Below are positions 10,080 to 22,133 of a DNA stretch of 26,534 nucleotides, in pieces (the stretch's first letter is position 1; every line of letters begins with the position of its first letter). The position numbers and the translations under genes were made by a program. Where the stretch lies: NCBI GenBank assembly GCA_050117915.1, contig JASFLV010000001.1, positions 1 through 26,534 of the forward strand, in the 5' to 3' direction. The notes under the pieces are model-generated. The model had not been told where the DNA came from. It did not search any database and saw nothing but the letters and a program-made list of their open reading frames with translations. Origin of the DNA: Thioalkalispiraceae bacterium. GTDB lineage: Bacteria > Pseudomonadota > Gammaproteobacteria > UBA6429 > Thiohalophilaceae.

Positions 10080-10085
10080 ATTATA
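10080..10085 (-). promoter_or_regulatory. Candidate sigma70 -10 element (internal promoter for proA and downstream genes)
   Basis: Perfect TATAAT on the minus strand in the holA-proA spacer, followed by GC-rich TCTGGGTGGCC. No convincing -35. Confidence 0.4.
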
Positions 10086-10110
10086 ACGCTGGGGTCGCGC
10101 CCGCGGGAGT

Positions 10111-11142
10111 TTAGACACCACAGGCCTGAGAAAGTGTGGGTTTTCCCGCAACCTGTAATGCTAATTCTAACAATTCATCCCAGGCTCTGCCTGCCTGTTG
10201 TCCCTTAATGATGCGATCGATTTGCCGGCAGGCCTGCAACCATTGCCGCGTACTTGCCAGGCTAGTTCTTGCTAATGCCTTTTTAATCATGGGCTTACGT
10301 TTATCCCAGACACGTTGCGCCGCCAGGGCAGCGTCCAGATTGCTGCCATGTTGCATATCATCGAGTATCTGGTGCAAAACGCGTATCTCTCTATTTAAGA
10401 CCCACAGCATCAATATTGCCTCGACCCCTTCTGCCTTCAGGCCAAACAGGAATTTGCTGACCCTTTCCGGTTCACCGGCCAGGGCCTGGTCGGCAAAGCT
10501 GAAGATGTCATAGCGGGCGCTATCACTCACGGCTGACTGAATCTGCTCGATGCTTAACTCACCTTCGCCATACAGGAGTAGCAATTTTTCCAGTTCCTGA
10601 TCGGCGGCGAGCAGGTTCCCTTCTACTCGGTCGGCCAGAACTTTAATCGCCTCTGGGCCAGCACTGAGCTTTCGATACGCCAGTCGCTGGTTTATCCACT
10701 GTGGCAGGCGCATTACATCGACAGGCCAAACCTGGATAAACACGCCGGCTGACTCAAGCGATTTCAGCCATTTCGATTTGGTCTGCGCTGCTTCCAGCTT
10801 GGTGGTACTGATTAATAAAATCGTATCCTCAGGTATGGCTTCAGTATATTCCTGCAAAACCCTGGTCCCCTCGCGTCCCGGTTTGCCAGTGGGAATCCGC
10901 AACTCCAACAGTTTCTTCTCTGCAAACAAAGACAGGCTATTGCTTTCAGTCACCAACTGCGTCCAGTCGAAACCGCGCTCGGCATGGAAAACCTGACGTT
11001 CGCTATAACCCTGTTGCTCCGCCGCAGTTCTTATCATGCGACAGGCTTCATCAAGCTGAAATGGCTCATCACCACTGACAAGATATATTGGAGCCAGATT
11101 ATTACTTAATTGCTTGGCCAGTTGTTGAAGTGGAATCTTCAT
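10111..11142 (-). CDS. holA: DNA polymerase III subunit delta
   Basis: PIYLVSGDEP, SLSLFAEKKLLELR, EGNLLAADQELEKL and ARYDIF; follows leuS-lptE as is canonical. Confidence 0.96.
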   Translation of the reverse strand: MKIPLQQLAKQLSNNLAPIYLVSGDEPFQLDEACRMIRTAAEQQGYSERQVFHAERGFDWTQLVTESNSLSLFAEKKLLELRIPTGKPGREGTRVLQEYTEAIPEDTILLISTTKLEAAQTKSKWLKSLESAGVFIQVWPVDVMRLPQWINQRLAYRKLSAGPEAIKVLADRVEGNLLAADQELEKLLLLYGEGELSIEQIQSAVSDSARYDIFSFADQALAGEPERVSKFLFGLKAEGVEAILMLWVLNREIRVLHQILDDMQHGSNLDAALAAQRVWDKRKPMIKKALARTSLASTRQWLQACRQIDRIIKGQQAGRAWDELLELALQVAGKPTLSQACGV

Positions 11143-11148
11143 GTTTAG

Positions 11149-11157
11149 AGCATAACA
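11149..11157 (-). promoter_or_regulatory. Candidate extended -10 promoter of holA
   Basis: Minus strand reads TG-T-TATGCT-CTAAAC-ATG. Confidence 0.4.
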
Positions 11158-11184
11158 CGAATAACTGTCTATTTAATCCGGGCG

Positions 11185-14281
<3,097 letters not shown>

Positions 14282-15796
14282 CTAATCTGCCGGCCTGGTA
14301 CGACGAACCCTGAAAATAGCCCACAAAGAAAATAATCCAAGCAGAATGAGTATAAAACTGACTACTGGATAATTACCGAAGCGTACATAAGGTGTCGCAC
14401 CGTGTCTGGGCTGTATCTTGCCGGTCAGCACCGCAGACTCAAACTGAGGCGACTTTTTAATAAATTTACCGCGATGATCAATCAGCGCTGATATTCCAGT
14501 GGTCGTCGAGCGGATCAATTGCCGCTCAGTTTCGACCGCACGCATGCGGGCTATTTGCAGGTGCTGATGTGGTGCCCAGGATTTACCATACCAGGCATTA
14601 TTACTGCCATTGATCAAGACCGTGGCTTGCGGGAGAAAATCAATCAGCTCTTCGCCAAAGGCATCTTCATAACAAATCGAGGGGGCCATCTTTTGTCCTG
14701 CTACAATCAACTGCTCCTGATCCTGATCGCCGCGACTGAAACCGGACATGGGTAGATTGAAAAAACCTGCGAGCTGTTTCATAAAATCAGGTAACGGCAC
14801 ATACTCGCCAAACGGAACCAGGTGTCGCTTGTGATAAACGCTTTGAGTTTCGCCCAGCACCAGCAAGCTACTATAGTACTTTGATTCGATCGCACCATAC
14901 GGCAATCCAATTACCAGGGTAGTAATAGTTGATTTTGCCCGCTCGCTGAGTTGTTGCCGGTAGGCAAAAGGTGCGTCCTGCCAGAGGATGGTCAGTGCAT
15001 TTTCCGGCCACATAACTACGTCATAGTTATCCCAGAGTGGTTCTGTCATCTGGGCATAGGTGTTCATGCGGTGCATAATCTGTTCAGGATCCCACTTGGT
15101 GATTTGTGACAGGTTGGCCTGGACAATCGCGACACTGAGCGGTTGATCCTTATCTTCTGTCCAGAAGACATTTTTCAAGCCAGTCCCGGATATCCAGATC
15201 CCGATGACCAGAAGCCCAAACACTATTGTGATCCGATTACGCTGAGTAATAAGAACAAGCAATACCGCAGCACTGATCACCGCGAGTAATGAGATGCCAT
15301 ACACACCGATTACAGGTGCAAAACCTGCTAACGGCGAATCGATAAAACTGTAACCCAGGTTTAACCAGGGGAAGCCGGTCATGAACCAGCCGCGTATCCA
15401 TTCGAACAACACCCACATCAAAACAAAAACTGGTAATGTCAGGTAACCAGCAAGCTGACGGGCCAGGATTACACTAAAGAAAGCCTGTAAGGCTGGAAAT
15501 AGCGCCAGGAAAGCAATAAAGATATGCGTTAGTACAAAAGCGACGGGCGAAGAGGTAAAACCGAAGTCACTGATCGCGATATACACCCATGACACACCGA
15601 CCGCAAACAGACCAAAGCCAAACAGATAGCCACGTCGAAAAGCCAGGCCATTGCTGGAATCCTGCCAGATATAGAACATAATAGCGGGTATAACAATTGC
15701 TAGTGGATATAAGCTGAGTGGGGCGAAAGCAACTGGGAATAATGCCCCGGCAAAGAACGCGATTACATCAAGCCAGGGACTGTTCTTATCAAGCAT
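14282..15796 (-). CDS. lnt: Apolipoprotein N-acyltransferase
   Basis: Multiple TM helices, GFPW, and triad motifs WPE, YHKRHLVPFGEY and ICYE; RMRAVE. Confidence 0.96.
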   Translation of the reverse strand: MLDKNSPWLDVIAFFAGALFPVAFAPLSLYPLAIVIPAIMFYIWQDSSNGLAFRRGYLFGFGLFAVGVSWVYIAISDFGFTSSPVAFVLTHIFIAFLALFPALQAFFSVILARQLAGYLTLPVFVLMWVLFEWIRGWFMTGFPWLNLGYSFIDSPLAGFAPVIGVYGISLLAVISAAVLLVLITQRNRITIVFGLLVIGIWISGTGLKNVFWTEDKDQPLSVAIVQANLSQITKWDPEQIMHRMNTYAQMTEPLWDNYDVVMWPENALTILWQDAPFAYRQQLSERAKSTITTLVIGLPYGAIESKYYSSLLVLGETQSVYHKRHLVPFGEYVPLPDFMKQLAGFFNLPMSGFSRGDQDQEQLIVAGQKMAPSICYEDAFGEELIDFLPQATVLINGSNNAWYGKSWAPHQHLQIARMRAVETERQLIRSTTTGISALIDHRGKFIKKSPQFESAVLTGKIQPRHGATPYVRFGNYPVVSFILILLGLFSLWAIFRVRRTRPAD

Positions 15797-16700
15797 TGCC
15801 AGACTGATCTAAACTAACAGTTTCGTCAGTGTCTGTTTGCACTCTGACCTGAAGCAGATGTACACGACGGGCATCAGCACGCAATATCGTAAAGACATAC
15901 CCACCGAGGCTGACTGTTTCGCCTCTTTTCGGTAAATGGCCAAACGCATTGGTGATCAGACCACCAATGGTATCAAACTCATCGCTGGAAAACTCCGTAG
16001 AAAAGTGTTTATTAAACTCTTCAATTGGCGTGATTGCCTTAACCGTGGCCTTCTCTGATGAATGCTCCATGATATAAATATCATCTTCATAATCATGCTC
16101 ATCTTCGATCTCGCCGACAATTTGTTCGAGCACATCCTCGATCGTAATCATGCCGGCAACCCCGCCATACTCATCAACCACGATGGCAATATGATTGCGA
16201 CTGGCACGGAATTCTTTTAACAGCACATTGAGACGCTTACTTTCCGGAATGAAAGCAGGCGGTCGTAATATATCCCGTAAATTAAACTTCTCTTCACTGC
16301 CAAGCTGGAAATAGGGCAACAGGTCTTTTGCCAGGAGAATCCCGACAACTTCATCGCGATTATCGCCGACTACAGGATAGCGTGAGTGAGCGGCATCGAC
16401 GACAACCGGCAGGACTTCCTGCAAGCTCATATCCCGCTCCAGCACAATCATTTGTGAGCGAGGTAACATGACATCCCGCACCTGCATCTCGGTAACCTGC
16501 AGGACACCCTCAATCATTGCCAGCGCATCTACATCAATAATATCCTTATCCTGCGCTTCACGCAGTACGCTGATCAATTCATCCCGATCTTTCGGATCAA
16601 GGTTTAGTATATGTGCCAGACGTCCAACCCAGGAACGTCCGTGTTGCTTGTCTTCCTTTTGAGTTTGCCCATTCGGGCTACCCGTTCGGTCTTCGCTCAT
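15789..16700 (-). CDS. corC: CorC/YbeX CBS-domain Mg2+/Co2+ homeostasis protein
   Basis: [47 protein letters not shown] and FDTIGG. Confidence 0.94.
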   Translation of the reverse strand: MSEDRTGSPNGQTQKEDKQHGRSWVGRLAHILNLDPKDRDELISVLREAQDKDIIDVDALAMIEGVLQVTEMQVRDVMLPRSQMIVLERDMSLQEVLPVVVDAAHSRYPVVGDNRDEVVGILLAKDLLPYFQLGSEEKFNLRDILRPPAFIPESKRLNVLLKEFRASRNHIAIVVDEYGGVAGMITIEDVLEQIVGEIEDEHDYEDDIYIMEHSSEKATVKAITPIEEFNKHFSTEFSSDEFDTIGGLITNAFGHLPKRGETVSLGGYVFTILRADARRVHLLQVRVQTDTDETVSLDQSGNA

Positions 16701-17173
16701 GACTCTATCGTTACCTCGTAGGGGTTTGAGAATCCTAATCCATGTAAAATAGTTATTTCTTTTTGTTCCATCCTCGTGGCCTGTTCGTCTTCTATATGGT
16801 CATAACCCAGCAAGTGTAAGGTGCCGTGAATGATCATATGCGCCCAATGTGCAGTTAACGATTTATTTTGTTCTAGCGCTTCACGTTTTACTACCGCGGC
16901 GCAAATGACCAGATCACCCAGTAGCGGTATATCCAATGGTAGATCTTCATCAACCGGAAAAGAAAGCACATTAGTACTTCCCTTCTTCTGACGATATTGC
17001 TGATTCAATTCACTGATTTCATTTTCATCAACAATCCGGACCGTCAGCTCCGCCTGGTCAGCCACAATATTTTCTTCATTGATGAGTACTGACTCGATCC
17101 AGCCCTGTATATCTTCATCAGAAGGCAGGTCTTCATCCTGCACGGCCTTTTGCACATCGACAATCACAGCCAT
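16697..17173 (-). CDS. ybeY: rRNA maturation endoribonuclease YbeY
   Basis: LNQQYR.K..STNVLSFP, LLGDLVIC and HGTLHLLGYDH (H3xH5xH). ATG at 17173, 1 bp after the phoH stop. Confidence 0.96.
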   Translation of the reverse strand: MAVIVDVQKAVQDEDLPSDEDIQGWIESVLINEENIVADQAELTVRIVDENEISELNQQYRQKKGSTNVLSFPVDEDLPLDIPLLGDLVICAAVVKREALEQNKSLTAHWAHMIIHGTLHLLGYDHIEDEQATRMEQKEITILHGLGFSNPYEVTIES

Positions 17174-17174
17174 A

Positions 17175-18161
17175 TTATTGCTCGTTACGTTGTTTATCAG
17201 CATCTGAGCGTTCATAAGCAGTAACAATACGTTGAACTAATGGATGGCGGACAACATCCTTGGCAGTAAAGAAAGTAAAACTGATCCCTTCCACGTCTTT
17301 AAGCACATCGACCACATTACGCAGACCAGAGGTTTGCCCTCGTGGTAAATCGACCTGAGTGACATCACCGGTAATCACCACTTTTGAACCAAAACCGATA
17401 CGTGTCAGGAACATCTTCATCTGTTCCAGCGTGGTGTTCTGCGCCTCATCAAGTATGATGAATGAGTCATTTAGTGTACGACCACGCATGTAAGCCAGTG
17501 GCGCAACTTCGATGACACTTTTTTCAATCAGACGGGCAACCTTTTCGAAGCCTAACATCTCGTAAAGTGCGTCATACAGTGGACGCAGATACGGATCGAT
17601 CTTCTGGCTCAGATCGCCAGGGAGAAAGCCAAGCCGTTCCCCAGTCTCGACCGCGGGACGGGTTAGGATAATCCGGCGCACTTTATCCTTCTCCAACGCA
17701 TCCACGGCGCAGGCCACGGCCAGGTAGGTCTTGCCTGTCCCGGCAGGCCCAACACCGAAACTAATATCTTTCTCCAGGATACTCCGCAGGTAATGAATCT
17801 GATGCGGACCACGGCCACGAATAGTGCCGCGACGGGTTTGAATCACGACCTCTTCCTGGGTCTTTGCCATTTCTTCTAACAGGGCATCCACACCGGATTC
17901 CTGTAAAGAAAGGTTCACAAATTGAGGGTTAATCGTCTGGTTCAGGGTCTCTGCATAAAGTTCTTTCAGCAGTTCACTGGCTGCCTCCACTGAGCGTTGC
18001 TCGCCAATAATCCGGAAGGTATTGCCCCGGTTATTTACTTCGACGCCCAGGCGTCTTTCTATCTGGCGCAAGTGTTCATCGAACTGGCCACACAGATTCG
18101 CCAGCCGTTCATTATCGGCGGGTTCCAAAACGAGATCAGAATAGTTGGCTGCGGTACTCAA
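17175..18161 (-). CDS. ybeZ: PhoH-like ATPase YbeZ
   Basis: Walker A GPAGTGKT, LTRPAVE.GE.LGFLPG, LAYMRGRTL, DEAQN and VVRHPLV; TTG start. Confidence 0.95.
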   Translation of the reverse strand: MSTAANYSDLVLEPADNERLANLCGQFDEHLRQIERRLGVEVNNRGNTFRIIGEQRSVEAASELLKELYAETLNQTINPQFVNLSLQESGVDALLEEMAKTQEEVVIQTRRGTIRGRGPHQIHYLRSILEKDISFGVGPAGTGKTYLAVACAVDALEKDKVRRIILTRPAVETGERLGFLPGDLSQKIDPYLRPLYDALYEMLGFEKVARLIEKSVIEVAPLAYMRGRTLNDSFIILDEAQNTTLEQMKMFLTRIGFGSKVVITGDVTQVDLPRGQTSGLRNVVDVLKDVEGISFTFFTAKDVVRHPLVQRIVTAYERSDADKQRNEQ

Positions 18162-18194
18162 AGTCTTGTACGTATGTCGGATTCGACAATCGGT

Positions 18195-19562
18195 TTAGAG
18201 TGCGTTCCGGGCGGGTGTGCCAGCATCTGTAGCAGGAGTGGCACTCAGAATTTCACCGCGTAGTGAGTTGGGAAATGCTTCAGTTATTTTCACGTTTACA
18301 AATTCACCCAGGAGGTTTGCATCACCATTAAAGTTTACCACACGATTGTTGGCTGTGCGGCCCGAGAGTTGGCCCGGATCTTTCCTGGATGGTCCTGTCA
18401 CGAGAATTTGCTGTTGAGTCCCTACCATTTTTCTGGATATATCCTGAGCGTGCTGACTAATGCGTGTCTGGAGTATCTGGAGACGCTGCTTTTTGACTTC
18501 AAGAGGGACATCATCCGCCAGGCTGGAAGCCGGGGTACCAGGACGTGGGCTATAGATAAAACTATAGGAATGATCAAACCCCACCTCAGCAATCAAATCC
18601 ATCGTGTCAGCAAAATCTTTGTCCGTTTCCCCAGGAAAACCAACGATAAAATCCGAAGAGATGCTGATATCTGGCCGCACTTCTTTCAACTTACGAATTA
18701 TGGTCTTGTATTCAAGAGCAGTATGCTTGCGCTTCATCTGGGCAAGAATACGGTCCGAGCCACTTTGCACGGGTAGATGCAGGAAACTGACCAGTTCGGG
18801 TACTTCCGCATACACCTGAATGAGACTATCGGACATTTCAATCGGGTGGGAGGTGGTATAGCGAATCCGGTCGATTCCATCGATAGCGGCTACATACTGG
18901 ATTAGTAAGGCCAGGTCAGCGACACCACCGTCATGCATGGGACCGCGATAGGCATTGACATTCTGGCCGAGCAAATTGATCTCGCGCACTCCCTGCTCAG
19001 CCAGCTGAACCACCTCAGCGACAACATCATCAAATGGACGGCTGACTTCCTCGCCTCTTGTATAGGGCACCACACAAAAGGTGCAATATTTCGAGCAGCC
19101 TTCCATGATGGATACATAAGCGCTTGGACCTTCCGCGACGGGTTTGGGCAGATGGTCGAATTTCTCGATTTCCGGAAAACTGATATCAATCGCGGGCTTA
19201 TGCCGGGTCGTCACTTCATTGATCATCTCCGGCAAGCGGTGCAGTGTCTGAGGGCCGAAAACAAGATCGACATAGTTGGCCCGCCTGAGGATTGCCTCGC
19301 CCTCCTGGCTAGCCACACATCCCCCCACACCGATAATTAGGTCGGGATTTTTCTCTTTGAGAGGTCGCCACATGCCCAGTTGAGAAAAAACCTTCTCCTG
19401 GGCCTTTTCTCGCACTGAACAGGTATTTAACAGTAGCACATCTGCCTGTTCCGGCTGAGCCGTCAATGTCAGCCCATGGGAGACCTGGAGTACCTCAGCC
19501 ATTTTTGCTGTGTCGTACTCATTCATTTGGCAGCCAAAGGTCTTGATGTGAAGCTTTTTCAT
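18195..19562 (-). CDS. miaB: tRNA-2-methylthio-N6-isopentenyladenosine synthase
   Basis: [16 protein letters not shown] and radical-SAM CSKYCTFC; C-terminal TRAM domain. Confidence 0.97.
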   Translation of the reverse strand: MKKLHIKTFGCQMNEYDTAKMAEVLQVSHGLTLTAQPEQADVLLLNTCSVREKAQEKVFSQLGMWRPLKEKNPDLIIGVGGCVASQEGEAILRRANYVDLVFGPQTLHRLPEMINEVTTRHKPAIDISFPEIEKFDHLPKPVAEGPSAYVSIMEGCSKYCTFCVVPYTRGEEVSRPFDDVVAEVVQLAEQGVREINLLGQNVNAYRGPMHDGGVADLALLIQYVAAIDGIDRIRYTTSHPIEMSDSLIQVYAEVPELVSFLHLPVQSGSDRILAQMKRKHTALEYKTIIRKLKEVRPDISISSDFIVGFPGETDKDFADTMDLIAEVGFDHSYSFIYSPRPGTPASSLADDVPLEVKKQRLQILQTRISQHAQDISRKMVGTQQQILVTGPSRKDPGQLSGRTANNRVVNFNGDANLLGEFVNVKITEAFPNSLRGEILSATPATDAGTPARNAL

Positions 19563-19665
19563 TAATGGTTAATCATTAGTCAGTTAATACCGGGACGCGC
19601 AGTCTAGCGAAGGACTCCCCTGAATTCCAGAGTAAATTCCCTTTGCCACTTACCCAGCACTCAGC

Positions 19666-19696
19666 AAAAACGGGCGACCGCTAGCGGTCGCCCGTT
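19666..19696 (-). terminator. Intrinsic terminator of amtB
   Basis: Perfect 28-bp palindrome AACGGGCGACCGCTAGCGGTCGCCCGTT (19669-19696), 24 bp past the amtB stop. On the minus strand the GC-rich stem runs into a T5 tract (19670-19666). Confidence 0.88.
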
Positions 19697-19720
19697 AAAT
19701 CTAGCGAATCAGAGTCGGAG

Positions 19721-21055
19721 CTAGATATCGTTATAACCCGTCTCATCATGGCAGACGTGATCGAGACCTTCTGTCTCTTCCTCTTCATTGACCCGAACCC
19801 CTACCAGCATATCCACCAGCTTGAGGATGATCCAGCTTACGATACCGCACCAGACCGCGGTGACAATCACACCAATCGCCTGGGTGCCTAACTGATCAAT
19901 CATTTGGGAAGCAACACCCGTTTCTGGATTGCTGGGTTGGTTGATCCCCCCTGCGGTGAAGGCAAAAACCCCCACTGCCATGGTGCCCAGGATGCCACCG
20001 ACCCCGTGGACCGGGAAAACATCAAGCGAATCATCAATCTTCAATTTCCGTTTGATGAACTGCGTAGAAAAATAACAGATGACCCCGGCACTGATACCAA
20101 TGATCAAGGCGCCCATCGGGCCCACGTGCCCGGAGGCCGGGGTTATCGTGCCAAGCCCAGCGACCATCCCGGTGACGATACCCAGGACGCTGGGCTTACG
20201 ATAACGTATCCATTCCAGCGCCATCCAGGCCAGGGAACCGGCTGCTGCACTGATATGGGTCACCAGCATCGCACTGCCCGCATCCCGGAACAGGTCGTCA
20301 CCCGAAGCAATCGCGCTCCCCGCATTAAATCCAAACCACCCTACCCAGAGCATCCCAGCACCAGTCACGGTCATGGTCAGGTTATGTGGCAACATGGGGG
20401 TGCTTGGGAAACCCTTGCGTTTACCCATATAGACGGCTGCCACCAGGGCAGCGACACCGGCATTGATATGGACAACGGTGCCACCAGCAAAATCAATCAG
20501 GCCCATCTTCAGCAACCAGCCGTTTTCCGCCCACACCCAGTAACATACCGGGAAATAGACCGCGATCAACCAAATGGCACTGAACAGCAACATCGCCGAA
20601 AATTTCATCCGCTCAGCAAAACCACCCACTATCAGGGCCGGGGTAATAATCGCGAAGGTCATCTGGAACATGACCCAGACCGTCTCGGGTATCTTGCCGC
20701 TGGCGGAATCACGGCTCACCCCGTCCAGGAAAAATTTGTCGAATCCACCTAAATAGGAACCGTCTCCGTTCAACGCCAGACTATAGCCAATGGTGACCCA
20801 GATGAGTGACGCCATGCAGGTAATCGCAAAGCATTGCATCAACACGGACAGTACGTTTTTTGAGCGAACCAGGCCTGCATAGAACAGCGATAAGCCGGGG
20901 ATCGTCATGAATAGCACTAGTGCCGTTGCGGTGAGCATCCAGGCGGTGTAACCAGAGTCAAAGCCGTCAGCGGCAAATACAACGGGAGAAAATAGCAGGG
21001 TGATGGTGAATAAAGATAGTTGTCTAAAACGGGATCCAATTGAGCTGGGACTCAT
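19721..21055 (-). CDS. amtB: Ammonium transporter (Amt family)
   Basis: Signal peptide (...SPVVFA|AD), FQMTFA, DFAGGTVVHINAG, WVGWFGFN and DDSLDVFPVHG (both pore His present). Strong SD AAGGAGAGGAG. Confidence 0.96.
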   Translation of the reverse strand: MSPSSIGSRFRQLSLFTITLLFSPVVFAADGFDSGYTAWMLTATALVLFMTIPGLSLFYAGLVRSKNVLSVLMQCFAITCMASLIWVTIGYSLALNGDGSYLGGFDKFFLDGVSRDSASGKIPETVWVMFQMTFAIITPALIVGGFAERMKFSAMLLFSAIWLIAVYFPVCYWVWAENGWLLKMGLIDFAGGTVVHINAGVAALVAAVYMGKRKGFPSTPMLPHNLTMTVTGAGMLWVGWFGFNAGSAIASGDDLFRDAGSAMLVTHISAAAGSLAWMALEWIRYRKPSVLGIVTGMVAGLGTITPASGHVGPMGALIIGISAGVICYFSTQFIKRKLKIDDSLDVFPVHGVGGILGTMAVGVFAFTAGGINQPSNPETGVASQMIDQLGTQAIGVIVTAVWCGIVSWIILKLVDMLVGVRVNEEEETEGLDHVCHDETGYNDI

Positions 21056-21111
21056 AACTCCTCTCCTTATAATTATTCTCTTATTTTTTAGTCTGATTTT
21101 TTATGGGGGAT

Positions 21112-21120
21112 GTTATACCA
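21112..21120 (-). promoter_or_regulatory. Candidate extended -10 sigma70 promoter of amtB
   Basis: Minus strand TG-G-TATAAC, about 57 bp upstream of the amtB ATG. No good -35. Confidence 0.45.
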
Positions 21121-21125
21121 CGGCT

Positions 21126-21142
21126 TGCATCAGAATGGCGCA
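21126..21142. promoter_or_regulatory. NtrC binding site
   Basis: TGCATCA-GAA-TGGCGCA versus consensus TGCACCA-N3-TGGTGCA (12/14), upstream of an ammonium transporter. Confidence 0.65.
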
Positions 21143-21199
21143 TTTCGGAAGAATTTTTAGTTGCAGAGCCCAGAAACGAGCTAATTTAGTGCTTAACCG

Positions 21200-22057
21200 T
21201 TAAACATCTGACTCAGTTCGCTTGGCCGCCTCCCAGAGTACCTCCAGTTGTTCCGAGGTCAAATCGGCCAGCTTAGTTTCAGAGACTCTCACCTCGCGCT
21301 GAGGGGTATGCTTGTCTGACTGTCCTGCCCCCAGCAGTGATTCCATTTTGCGAAATCGCCGCTCAAACTTCTGGTTGGCCTGGCGGAGTATTTGCTCAGG
21401 ATCGAATTCTGCGTGTCGGCATAAATTCACACAGGTGAACAACAGATCACCCATCTCCTCGGCCCGCTTTGATGGTTCTTTCCAGGCCTGTTGCAACTCA
21501 TCAATTTCTTCATGGAGTTTTGCAAATACGCCTTTCGCGTCCGGCCAGTCAAATCCGACCTGTGCCGCCCGTGACTGAATCTTCCTGGCCAGACTCAGGG
21601 CAGGTAATGAGCGGGCAATACCATCCATCTGGCTACCTCTTACTGGAGGCTGGCCAGTCCCATCCTCACTGACTGCCGTCTTCGATTCACGCTCCTGCTG
21701 CTTCAGCATCTCCCAGTGACGTGTCTGTTCCTGTTCACTGTCAAAACGCATGTCGGCAAATACATGAGGGTGACGACGTACCAGTTTGTCTGCAATTGCC
21801 TCAATCACATCGTCAAACTCAAAGCGTCCTTGTTCCTTGGCAAGCTGGGCATAAAATACAATCTGGAAAAGCAGGTCGCCCAGTTCATCACAAAGTTCTG
21901 CCAGATTGTCCTGTTCGATGGTGTCAGCCACTTCATAAGCTTCTTCCAATGTGTGGGGAACGATGGATTTAAATGTCTGCGCGCGATCCCATGGACAACC
22001 ATGCTCGGGATCGCGTAAACGTTCCATGATATCCAGAAGTCGTTTTATATCAGCCAT
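21200..22057 (-). CDS. mazG: Nucleoside triphosphate pyrophosphohydrolase MazG
   Basis: RLRDP..GCPWD..QT, LEEAYEV, ELGDLL, KLVRRHPHVF, second domain GFDW / EEMGDLLF. ATG at 22057 preferred. Confidence 0.96.
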   Translation of the reverse strand: MADIKRLLDIMERLRDPEHGCPWDRAQTFKSIVPHTLEEAYEVADTIEQDNLAELCDELGDLLFQIVFYAQLAKEQGRFEFDDVIEAIADKLVRRHPHVFADMRFDSEQEQTRHWEMLKQQERESKTAVSEDGTGQPPVRGSQMDGIARSLPALSLARKIQSRAAQVGFDWPDAKGVFAKLHEEIDELQQAWKEPSKRAEEMGDLLFTCVNLCRHAEFDPEQILRQANQKFERRFRKMESLLGAGQSDKHTPQREVRVSETKLADLTSEQLEVLWEAAKRTESDV

Positions 22058-22133
22058 GATCAAATTCTTTTGCGATGCACTTATTAATGGAGATCAGTAC
22101 AATAGCAGACCTGCCAGGCTGACAAAACACACG

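Noticed and set aside
19563-19665. Possible tRNA or sRNA upstream of miaB
   Set aside because: No cloverleaf, T-loop or CCA; the region reads as the miaB promoter (TAGACT plus GC-rich discriminator, weak).
19904-20752. 282-aa plus-strand ORF antisense to amtB
   Set aside because: Lies wholly inside amtB with no recognisable motifs; long antisense frames are expected in GC-rich, codon-biased genes.
21126-21200. Sigma54 promoter for amtB (TGGCGCATTTCGGAA on plus; TGGTATAACATCCCC on minus) and a second NtrC-like site near 21176-21192
   Set aside because: Neither candidate has GC at -12, and the first is on the wrong strand; the second NtrC-like site matches only one half.
21951-22133. 61-aa N-terminal extension of trmH in the ORF track
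   Set aside because: Overlaps mazG on the opposite strand; the family N-terminus MTPQRF begins at 22134.
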